NCBI GenBank assembly: GCA_044432865.1
Contig: JAWXUF010000001.1
Location: forward strand, 2,786-66,785
DNA length: 64,000 nucleotides
From: a bacterium
Lineage (GTDB): Bacteria; Bacillota_I; Bacilli_A; Acholeplasmatales; Anaeroplasmataceae
Direction of reading: 5' to 3'
Positions 37,364 through 46,119 of this stretch are shown here, piece by piece; position 1 is the stretch's first letter, and each line of letters starts with the position of its first letter. Under the pieces are notes generated by a model that saw only the letters and a program-made list of their open reading frames with translations, had not been told where the DNA came from and searched no databases. The translations under genes and the position numbers were made by a program.

Positions 37364-38367
37364 TAAAATTCTAACCTATATACATATAAAATGTCTTCAT
37401 ATAGTAATGTATCATTTTGGTAAACCAAAATCTCACCACAAACATCATCTACTATATCATAAAATACAAATTTTATTGTTACAATGCTATCAGATGCAAT
37501 AGGTAAATAAATATCATCTTTTACTAATGGATAAAAATCTAATTCTAATTCTTGCTTTAATACTTGCGCTTCAAGTACAAGTTTCATTGTTACTTTATCA
37601 ATATACTCTTCAAATAGTTGTAAATGTAAATTATAATCATCAGCAATTTTAAATGTAACACATATTAATTGTTTCCCATCTTTTTCGTATACACTAATCA
37701 ATGTTCTTCCTGCTTTTGTTGTATATCCTGTTTTACCACCAATTACATATTCATTTGTATTGATCAATTTATGCTTTTGGTACCAAGTTACAGGTCCATT
37801 AATATCAGCAGTATATTCTCTTGCTTTTGTTACTTCTCTAAATATCTCATTACCCATACAGTAACTCATCAATATTGACATATCATATGCTGTTGAATAA
37901 TTTTTTGTTGTTTCATCTAATCCTGATGGATTTTCAAATGTAGTATTATTTAAACCCAGTTTTCTACATAGTAAATTCATTTCTTTAATAAATAAATCGT
38001 ACTTCCCAAAAGTATTATTTGCTATTGCCATAGCACAATCATTTCCACTTCTTAACATTAATCCATATAGAAGATCAATGAATAGTACAGTATCACCAGG
38101 TTTTAGGTAGACACTACTTCCCTCAGCCATATCACCTTCTGTAATTGTAACTGAAGCAAATACATCAACATTTTCAATTGCAACAATTGCAGTAGCAATC
38201 TTTGCTATTGAAGCAGTTAAGTTTTGTACGTCCATATTCTTTTGATATAATACAGTATTAGTATCACCATCGATTAAACAAACTGATTCACTACCTACTG
38301 CTTCAACACTAAATGTTGAAAATAAAAAAGAAATAATAAAAGAAAATAAAAAAAGAGCTTTGCGCAT
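37363..38367 (-). CDS. dacB: D-alanyl-D-alanine carboxypeptidase (S11, DacB-like, sporulation-associated by context)
   Basis: Signal peptide plus the penicillin-binding motifs SIAK (SxxK), SGN and KTG. Confidence 0.85.
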   Translation of the reverse strand: MRKALFLFSFIISFLFSTFSVEAVGSESVCLIDGDTNTVLYQKNMDVQNLTASIAKIATAIVAIENVDVFASVTITEGDMAEGSSVYLKPGDTVLFIDLLYGLMLRSGNDCAMAIANNTFGKYDLFIKEMNLLCRKLGLNNTTFENPSGLDETTKNYSTAYDMSILMSYCMGNEIFREVTKAREYTADINGPVTWYQKHKLINTNEYVIGGKTGYTTKAGRTLISVYEKDGKQLICVTFKIADDYNLHLQLFEEYIDKVTMKLVLEAQVLKQELELDFYPLVKDDIYLPIASDSIVTIKFVFYDIVDDVCGEILVYQNDTLLYEDILYVYRLEF

Positions 38368-38407
38368 ATCATCACCATTTAATGATATGCAGCAAAACTC
38401 TAAAATA

Positions 38408-39781
38408 TTATTCTGACTCTACTTCTTCATCATCGATGTAGTCTTCAATTGTTAATTGAACATCGATAATACGTCTATCTTCAACTTTCGTTATTTCAAA
38501 CGTAAGTTTATAAACAACGTCAACATAAGCATCATCTTCATCTTTTTTTACAAATTTAGAAATATGTATACATTCTTGGCCTTCTTCAGGAATTGATTCA
38601 CCTAAAGAATATAACCAACCACTTAATTTATTAGCTTCGCAATCAGGAACTTTCCCCAATTCTAATTCATCAAATAAGTCTTCTAAATAAATACTAGCAT
38701 TTAAATTATAAGTATTATCAGAAATTTTCTTAATTAAAATATCATCTTCTAAATTATCATGTTCATCATAAATCTCACCAACTAATTCTTCTAATGCATC
38801 TTCCATTGTAACAACACCAGCAGTTTCACCATACTCACCTGAAACAATAGCTAAATGCATTTTGTTTTTTTGTAATTCGTGAATAAGATTATTTACTTTC
38901 ATGCTTGTTGAAACATATGTAACTGGTTTTAATATTGTAGCAACATCAAACTCAGGATTTTGAATATAATTAGTTAAAAATTCTCTTTCGAACAATATAC
39001 CAACAATTTTATCTTTGTCAGCATCAAAAACAGGAATCCTAGAATATTGACACTCAAATAAAATATCTTTTATTTTTTCAATAGGCGAGTGAACTTCTAT
39101 AAATATTACATCCACCCTTGGAGTCATTATATCTCTGACTGTTTTATCATTTAATTCTAAAATATTTTGAATTAATTCAACTTCTTCAGATTCAATGGCA
39201 CCTTCTTCCTCCATTGTATCTAAAATAACTTCTAATTCCGCTTCATTAACTTTAGGTTCATTTGTTTCTTTTCCTTGAACACCTTTTTGTATCCCTTTGA
39301 AAATTGAAACAAAAGGAAATAAAATTATATATAATATATAGATTATTTGCCCTAAAACTAATGCTAATTTATCCGAATAAGTTTTCGCAATTGTTTTGGG
39401 TAAAATCTCACCAAAAATAAGTACAACAACTGTAATAACACCAGTAGATACTATATTAGCAATATTTTCAGCAGCAATAAATTTAGCAAAGAATCCAACA
39501 GAAATCGTCGCTAAACCAATATTAACAATATTATTACCAATTAACAAAGTAGTTAAAGTATTATTAAAATTTTCAGCACAATACAATGCTTTTTTCGCAC
39601 CTTTTTTACCTTCTTCTACCTGTATTCTTAATCTAACAACGTTAACACTCGAAAATACTGTTTCTGTCATTGAGAAAAAACCTGATAATAAAACTAATCC
39701 TATCATCACAAAAAAAATCACGTAATCAAACTCAACGTTTGAACTAGTTAAAACTAAATTAATAGACCTATGTATGTCCAA
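38408..39781 (-). CDS. CNNM/DUF21-CBS-CorC_HlyC family transporter-associated protein (hemolysin-family)
   Basis: 457 aa with an N-terminal 4-TM DUF21 region, a CBS pair (IMTPRVDV ... VVTMEDALEELVGEI) and a CorC/HlyC C-terminal domain. Confidence 0.85.
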   Translation of the reverse strand: MDIHRSINLVLTSSNVEFDYVIFFVMIGLVLLSGFFSMTETVFSSVNVVRLRIQVEEGKKGAKKALYCAENFNNTLTTLLIGNNIVNIGLATISVGFFAKFIAAENIANIVSTGVITVVVLIFGEILPKTIAKTYSDKLALVLGQIIYILYIILFPFVSIFKGIQKGVQGKETNEPKVNEAELEVILDTMEEEGAIESEEVELIQNILELNDKTVRDIMTPRVDVIFIEVHSPIEKIKDILFECQYSRIPVFDADKDKIVGILFEREFLTNYIQNPEFDVATILKPVTYVSTSMKVNNLIHELQKNKMHLAIVSGEYGETAGVVTMEDALEELVGEIYDEHDNLEDDILIKKISDNTYNLNASIYLEDLFDELELGKVPDCEANKLSGWLYSLGESIPEEGQECIHISKFVKKDEDDAYVDVVYKLTFEITKVEDRRIIDVQLTIEDYIDDEEVESE

Positions 39782-39821
39782 TTCTAAATCACCTCATATT
39801 ATTTTTATTATTTATATTATA

Positions 39822-40715
39822 TCATAAATTTATTTTTTTTAAATAGTTTATTGCATCTAAGTAACTAAACTCCTTTTTTTTGACAAATTTAGCAGTTACA
39901 ATATCTTTAATATAGTTTATTCTTCTAAATTTTTCTCTAGAGTTAACATCACTTAAGTGAACTTCAATTATAGGTTTTTTAAATATATCTAAAGCATCTT
40001 TAATAGCAATTGATGTATGAGTATATGCTGCTGGATTAATTATCAAATAATCAAATTTATCCATTTGGTGAATTTTCGATACAATTTCACCTTCAATATT
40101 ACTTTGAAAAAACTCATATTCAAATACATCATAATTTTTTATCATTGTATTTATATCATCAAGTGTTTTACTACCATAGTGTTGCGCTTCACGTTTTCCA
40201 AGCATATTCATATTTGGACCATTGATAACTAAAACTTTTTTCTTTGGTCTATTTATAATCTCACTTATTTTTTCAATACTACTATCAATATCATGATTAT
40301 CTATTTTATAATCACAATACTTTTCATATAAAGTTTTTCTTTCAGAATATACTTTTTCAAGTGTACGCTTTTCAAGTAAAGGTCTTGTAGATAGATCAAT
40401 TCTTGTTTTTATAATTTCAAGTTCACTATACAAATAAATAATTATTCCATAAAAATTTTCAATATTTTTCTTATTTAATATTGAACCCCCACCCAGAGAA
40501 ACAACAGTATGAGAAATCCCTTTTATTTCTTCAATGATTTCAGTTTCAATTTTTCTAAAATCTTTTTCATTTTTAAGCAAATCACTTATTGAAGAGTTAG
40601 TTTTATTTTTTATTAATTCGTCAGTATCAACAAAATCAAATTTTAAATTGTCAGCTAACTCCTTACCCAAAGTAGTTTTACCAACTCCAGGCATACCAAT
40701 TAAATAAATATTCAT
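39822..40715 (-). CDS. Bifunctional shikimate kinase / type II 3-dehydroquinate dehydratase fusion
   Basis: The N-terminus has IYLIGMPGVGKTTLGKELA ... DTD (AroK). The C-terminus has VLVINGPNMNMLGKRE ... FFQSN.EGE ... INPAAYTHTSIAI.DAL ... EVHLS (AroQ). Confidence 0.85.
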   Translation of the reverse strand: MNIYLIGMPGVGKTTLGKELADNLKFDFVDTDELIKNKTNSSISDLLKNEKDFRKIETEIIEEIKGISHTVVSLGGGSILNKKNIENFYGIIIYLYSELEIIKTRIDLSTRPLLEKRTLEKVYSERKTLYEKYCDYKIDNHDIDSSIEKISEIINRPKKKVLVINGPNMNMLGKREAQHYGSKTLDDINTMIKNYDVFEYEFFQSNIEGEIVSKIHQMDKFDYLIINPAAYTHTSIAIKDALDIFKKPIIEVHLSDVNSREKFRRINYIKDIVTAKFVKKKEFSYLDAINYLKKINL

Positions 40716-40718
40716 AAG

Positions 40719-41594
40719 TTACTCCTTTATAAAATTTTTTACATCATTTAATATTACATCAAATATGTTTTTATCACTTACATCGTAGAAATTAGTTTCC
40801 ATTTGATTTCTAAACCAAGTCATTTGTTTTTTAGCTAAATGTCTTGTATTTTTTTGAATGGTTTCAATCAAAACCTCTTTTGAAATTTCACCATTAAAAT
40901 AAGGATAAAACTCCTTATATCCAATTGCATCTATCTTTATTCCTTGATCATATAGGTCTTTAACTTCCTTCTCAAGACCTTGTTTAAACATCATTAAAAC
41001 TCTATCATTTATCCTCTTATATAAAACATCTCTATCTAAATTCAAATATATAATAAATGGCTTATATAAAGGATTATCCTTGTTTTTATTTTCACTTATT
41101 AACGTATTATCATTGGCTAATTCAATTGCTCTAAGTACTCTTTTTCTATTGTTCATATGAATTGTTTTAGTACTCTCAACATCTAGACTTATCAATATTT
41201 TATATAATTCTTCATTAGATAAATCCTTATATTTTTCTTCATGTTTTGTATCCCTTTTAGCAGCACTAAAATCATAGTCATATAATGCTGATTTAATATA
41301 TAATCCAGTCCCCCCAACAATCATCGGCACATCTATTTTATCAATTAATTCTCTAGAATATTTTTGAAAGTCAGCAGCACTAAATTGTTCTGTTGGATCA
41401 ATGAAATCAACTAGATGATGTTCTACACCATCCATTTCATCTAGCGTTATTTTTGCACTACCAATATCTAATTTTTTATACACACTTACTGAATCACCAT
41501 TTATTATTTCAGCATTTATTGCTTGTGCTAGTTGAATGGATAAACTAGTTTTACCAATTGCAGTAGGTCCTACTATAACTATTACTTTTCTCAT
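40719..41594 (-). CDS. miaA: tRNA dimethylallyltransferase
   Basis: 291 aa with VIVGPTAIGKTSLSI, GGTGLY and HLAKKQMTWFRN motifs. Confidence 0.95.
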   Translation of the reverse strand: MRKVIVIVGPTAIGKTSLSIQLAQAINAEIINGDSVSVYKKLDIGSAKITLDEMDGVEHHLVDFIDPTEQFSAADFQKYSRELIDKIDVPMIVGGTGLYIKSALYDYDFSAAKRDTKHEEKYKDLSNEELYKILISLDVESTKTIHMNNRKRVLRAIELANDNTLISENKNKDNPLYKPFIIYLNLDRDVLYKRINDRVLMMFKQGLEKEVKDLYDQGIKIDAIGYKEFYPYFNGEISKEVLIETIQKNTRHLAKKQMTWFRNQMETNFYDVSDKNIFDVILNDVKNFIKE

Positions 41595-43447
41595 ACTATT
41601 CTTCTAAACATTTTTTCAATTTCTGTAACAGATAACCTAACAATTGAAGGTCTTCCATGTGGACAGTTAAATGGATTGATACATGTTTTAAGTTCCTCGT
41701 ATAAATGAATAGCTTCTTCAGGAGTTGTGTGATTATTAGCTTTTATCGACTCCTTACAACTAACCATTTTAGCCATTGAATCTCTATATAAACCTATATT
41801 GAAATCTTTTTTAGTTACTAGGAATGTAACAATTCTTTCTACAATTCTCTCTGGATCATCACCTTTAACCCAAGTAGGAATAGATCTTACTAAGAAGGTT
41901 TGTGGACCAGATTGCTCTAAAAGTAATCCCATTTCTTCTAACTTAGATAAATTTGTTTCTAATAGTAAAGATTCACTTAGCGTAAATTCAAGTGGTAATG
42001 GTAGTAAAAGATCAATAGATTCTTTCTTAGGGTTAGCAAACATTTTAAAATAGTGTTCATATTTAATTCTTTCTTGTGCAGCATGTTGATCAATTAAATA
42101 CATTCCTGTATTATTTTGAAAAACTAAATATGCACCAAAAACAATACCACAATATTCCATATATGGGAGTTTTTCTTTTGAAGGAGTAATAGAAATTTCT
42201 ACTTCTTTTTCTTCAACTTCCTCTTTAACACCTTTAAATTCTGGAATGACAACATTTTCATTACTTGCATCATATTCATTTGCTAGTTCTTTAATATGTG
42301 CTGGAATTTGAATTTCTTCAGTAATTACATAGTTAGGTTTAAACATGTCATCTACTGTTTTATCATCACTTTCTATATTTAATTTGTTATTAATATCAAT
42401 AAGAGTCTCATCATATGTTCCAACTTTTGTTTCTTTCTCAACTCTATGTTCAGCGATTAAAGTTTTTTCAGATAAAGAATCTAATATAGAACTTTTAACT
42501 AAATAAGAAATAGTATCTTCTAGCGAGAATTTAATTTCCATTTTAGTTGGATGAACGTTAACATCAATTAATAACGGATCTACATCTAAATTAATTACAC
42601 AAATTGGATATCTTAGATGAGGGATATAGTCTCTATAAGCTTCTACTACTGAATCAACAATTAATTTTGATTTCACATATCTATTATTAACAATAATAGT
42701 TATTTCAGAATTTCTAGATCTAGTAAATTCAGGTTTTGCAATATAAGCAGTTAATTTAAACCCTTCACTCTCTCTTTGAATAGTAGATAAAGATTTCCCA
42801 ACGTTAACTCCATAAATATTTGCTAATAAATTAACCATATTACTTTGTCCTCTTGTTTGAAACATTACACTATCATTATTTGATAATTTAAAAGAAATAT
42901 TAGGATATGCGATACTTAACCTAGTAATAACATCAACAATCGATGATAAAATTACATTCTCACTCTTAAGATATTTAAGACGTGCAGGAGTATTATAAAA
43001 TAATTTTTCAATAGAAATTTTTGTACCTTTATTAGAAGGGAAGTTCATAGATTCAGCTCTTTTACCAAATTCATATTTAATTTTATACCCCTCATGACTA
43101 TCACTTCTAGTAATCATTGTCATATGAGAAATCGAAGCAATCGATGGTAACGCCTCTCCTCTAAATCCTAATGAAGATATTCTAAATAAATCTCCCTCTG
43201 TCTCAATCTTTGAAGTAGCATGTCTACTAAAAGATAATGCAGCATCCTCAGGGTCCATACCATAACCATCATCAATTATTTCTATTAATGATACACCAGA
43301 TTCTTTTAAATAAATTTCAATTTTAGTTGAGTTTGCGTCAATAGAATTTTCTACTAATTCTTTAACAACAGATAAAGGTCCTTCAACAACTTCTCCTGCC
43401 GCGATCATGTTTGAAATTTGTTCAGATAATTGTTTAATTTTAGCCAT
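41591..43447 (-). CDS. mutL: DNA mismatch repair protein MutL
   Basis: GHKL ATPase N-terminus (IAAGEVVEGP.SVVKELVENS.DA, DDGYGM, GFRGEAL) and C-terminal dimerisation domain (CPHGRP). Confidence 0.95.
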   Translation of the reverse strand: MAKIKQLSEQISNMIAAGEVVEGPLSVVKELVENSIDANSTKIEIYLKESGVSLIEIIDDGYGMDPEDAALSFSRHATSKIETEGDLFRISSLGFRGEALPSIASISHMTMITRSDSHEGYKIKYEFGKRAESMNFPSNKGTKISIEKLFYNTPARLKYLKSENVILSSIVDVITRLSIAYPNISFKLSNNDSVMFQTRGQSNMVNLLANIYGVNVGKSLSTIQRESEGFKLTAYIAKPEFTRSRNSEITIIVNNRYVKSKLIVDSVVEAYRDYIPHLRYPICVINLDVDPLLIDVNVHPTKMEIKFSLEDTISYLVKSSILDSLSEKTLIAEHRVEKETKVGTYDETLIDINNKLNIESDDKTVDDMFKPNYVITEEIQIPAHIKELANEYDASNENVVIPEFKGVKEEVEEKEVEISITPSKEKLPYMEYCGIVFGAYLVFQNNTGMYLIDQHAAQERIKYEHYFKMFANPKKESIDLLLPLPLEFTLSESLLLETNLSKLEEMGLLLEQSGPQTFLVRSIPTWVKGDDPERIVERIVTFLVTKKDFNIGLYRDSMAKMVSCKESIKANNHTTPEEAIHLYEELKTCINPFNCPHGRPSIVRLSVTEIEKMFRRIV

Positions 43448-43455
43448 ATTTTTAC

Positions 43456-46011
43456 CTACTTTATTTTAGATTTTAAATTATATAATAAATTCATACACTG
43501 AATAGGAGTTAAATTATCAATGTTTGTTTCTTTTAGTTCGTAGTAAATCTCATTTAATTCTGTTGGAATTTGAATTTCTTCTTCCTCTTCATAATCAAAG
43601 ATATTATTATCTAATTTAATATGTGTTGAATTTTCTTCAAATCCTTTTAGTAATACTTTACTTCTCGAAATAATATTTTTAGGTAAATTAGCTAAACTAG
43701 CTACATTTATACCATATGATTTATCTACAGGTCCATCTAATACTTTATGCATAAAAATAATTTTATTTCCTTCTTCTTTAGCATGTACATGGACATTTTT
43801 TAAGTGTTTTAGATGTTCTTCTAAACTAACTAATTCATGATAATGTGTTGAGAATAAAAATGCACAACCTATTTTATTATGAATGTGTTCAACAATAGCT
43901 TGAGCTAAAGCAAGACCATCAAATGTAGCTGTACCTCTACCAATTTCATCAAATAAAATTAAAGAAGATTTAGTAGCATTTTGAATTGCATAATTTGCTT
44001 CTTGCATCTCAACCATGAACGTCGATTGACCACTCATTAAATCATCTGAAGCACCTATTCTAGTAAAGATTTGATCAAATACCGGAAGGTTTGCTGATGT
44101 TGCTGGTACGAAACATCCTATTTGTGCTAAAATTGTAATTAGTGCAAGCATTCTCATATAAGTTGATTTACCACTCATATTAGGTCCAGTAATTAAAATT
44201 GTGTTAAAATCATTTATTATTACATCATTAGAAACATACTCATTTGTTAACAATTGTTCAATTACAGGATGTCTACCATTAATTATTTCAACACTTAATC
44301 CTTCATGAATATTCGGTCTATTATAATTGTATTTAATAGATATTTTTGCAAAGTTTAGTAAACAATCTACAGTAGAAATGTTGTCAGCCAACTGTTGTAA
44401 TGGTTTAATAAATCCTAGACACTCTTGTCTTAAAGCTAAAAACATTTCATATTCCAATTGAATTATTTTATCAGATGCATTAAGAATTAAGCCTTCGTAA
44501 TGTTTTAACTCTTCAGTTATGTATCTTTCAGCATTAGCAAGAGTTTGTTTTCTATCATACCCTTCTAAATCTAATTGTCCAATATTTGATTTAGATATTT
44601 CAATATAATAACCAAACACACGATTGTATCCAACTTTTAAATTTTTAATCCCTGTTTTCTCTTTTTGTGCTTGCTCAAATTCTATTAACCAATTATTAGA
44701 ATTTTCTTTTAATTCAAATAATTCATCTAACTTATCATTATATCCTGCTTTAATCATTCCACCTTCTTTAATACCTAGTGGTGGAGTATCAACTAAACTA
44801 GTTTGTAATTTAACACATAAGTCAGTTAATGGATCAATTTTATTTTCTAGTTCATTTAACACTTCAGAATCAAAATTTTTTAATGTTTCTTTTATATTTG
44901 GAATTGATAATAAAGTTTTTCTTAATTGAACTAAATCACGTGCATTTGCACTTCCAACTACTAATCTACCAAGTATTCTTTCTAAGTCGTAAACTGTTTT
45001 AAGTGAATCTTCCACACCTTTTGAATCAATAAAATTATTCATAAACGCATCTACAGCATCTTGTCTTTTTATTATTTCTTTTTTAGAAATTAACGGATGA
45101 TTTAACCATCTTGTTAACATTCTACTACCCATAGCAGTCTCACATTTATCAATTAAAAATAGCAATGAACCATTTTTTTGATTTAATCTTAATGTTTCAG
45201 TTAACTCAAGGTTTCTTTTTGAATGAATATCTATTTTTAAATATTGTTTCGTTTCATATCTAGTAATATCTTTTAAATGTGTTAACTCAGTACGTTGAGT
45301 TTCAAATAAATAATTTAATAATAATGCAACAGTTTTTATTTCATCAGTTGATTCTAATGTTTTAATTAAATTATTGAAATTAGGTGATAATTCAGTGTCA
45401 TTAGAAAAAGTTAACATAATTTGATAATGGTTTTGTAACATATCAATATGTTTTTTATTTATCGTATCATCAACTATAATTTCTTTAATATTTTGAGTTA
45501 CTATTTCATTTATAAGTTCAGAATAATCTTCAAATGCCATAATATACAATTCACCTGTAGATACATCACAAATAGATAAAAAGAATTCTTTTCTAAAATT
45601 CCTGATACTTCCTAAGTAATTATTTTTTTTAGAATCAAGTCCTAAAGATGTTAAAGTTCCCGGAGTATAAATTCTGACTACATCTCGTTTTACTATTGGA
45701 TTTTCTTTAGATACTTCTTCAACTTGTTCAACCATTGCTACTTTATAGCCTTTTTGAATAAGTTTTTCTGCATATGTCTGATGTGCATGAAAAGGTATAC
45801 CACACATTGGAATTCTACTTTCCTGACCAGCATCACGTGCAGTAAGTGCAATTTCCAACTCTTTAGATGCAATTATAGCATCAGCAAAAAACATTTCATA
45901 AAAATCACCTAATCTGAAAAATACAATCGAATCTTTATTTTTGTTTTTAATTTCAATGTATTGTTTCATCATAGGAGTAAATTTATCATAATTAAAATCT
46001 TCAATATTCAT
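43456..46011 (-). CDS. mutS: DNA mismatch repair protein MutS
   Basis: 851 aa with TPMM.QY, GDFYE(M)F, Walker A in GPNMSGKSTYMR, DEIGRGT and STHYHEL motifs. Confidence 0.95.
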   Translation of the reverse strand: MNIEDFNYDKFTPMMKQYIEIKNKNKDSIVFFRLGDFYEMFFADAIIASKELEIALTARDAGQESRIPMCGIPFHAHQTYAEKLIQKGYKVAMVEQVEEVSKENPIVKRDVVRIYTPGTLTSLGLDSKKNNYLGSIRNFRKEFFLSICDVSTGELYIMAFEDYSELINEIVTQNIKEIIVDDTINKKHIDMLQNHYQIMLTFSNDTELSPNFNNLIKTLESTDEIKTVALLLNYLFETQRTELTHLKDITRYETKQYLKIDIHSKRNLELTETLRLNQKNGSLLFLIDKCETAMGSRMLTRWLNHPLISKKEIIKRQDAVDAFMNNFIDSKGVEDSLKTVYDLERILGRLVVGSANARDLVQLRKTLLSIPNIKETLKNFDSEVLNELENKIDPLTDLCVKLQTSLVDTPPLGIKEGGMIKAGYNDKLDELFELKENSNNWLIEFEQAQKEKTGIKNLKVGYNRVFGYYIEISKSNIGQLDLEGYDRKQTLANAERYITEELKHYEGLILNASDKIIQLEYEMFLALRQECLGFIKPLQQLADNISTVDCLLNFAKISIKYNYNRPNIHEGLSVEIINGRHPVIEQLLTNEYVSNDVIINDFNTILITGPNMSGKSTYMRMLALITILAQIGCFVPATSANLPVFDQIFTRIGASDDLMSGQSTFMVEMQEANYAIQNATKSSLILFDEIGRGTATFDGLALAQAIVEHIHNKIGCAFLFSTHYHELVSLEEHLKHLKNVHVHAKEEGNKIIFMHKVLDGPVDKSYGINVASLANLPKNIISRSKVLLKGFEENSTHIKLDNNIFDYEEEEEIQIPTELNEIYYELKETNIDNLTPIQCMNLLYNLKSKIK

Positions 46012-46046
46012 AAAAAAACCGCCTTTTCATATAAAAATATAATAAT

Positions 46047-46075
46047 ATTATAACATTTTATAGCTTTTATGTAAA
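46047..46075 (-). promoter_or_regulatory. Sigma-A-type promoter of mutS-mutL(-miaA) with extended -10
   Basis: On the minus strand: TTTACA (46070..46075), a 17-nt spacer ending in TGt, TATAAT (46047..46052). It lies immediately after the upstream terminator. Confidence 0.6.
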
Positions 46076-46111
46076 ATAAAAATACAGGTATATATACTAT
46101 ATACCTGTATT
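46072..46111 (-). terminator. Strong terminator after the giant repeat-protein gene
   Basis: 14-bp perfect stem aatacaggtatata/tatatacctgtatt (46081..46094 and 46098..46111) with a 3-nt loop, followed on the minus strand by TTTTATTTT. Confidence 0.8.
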
Positions 46112-46119
46112 ATATTTAA

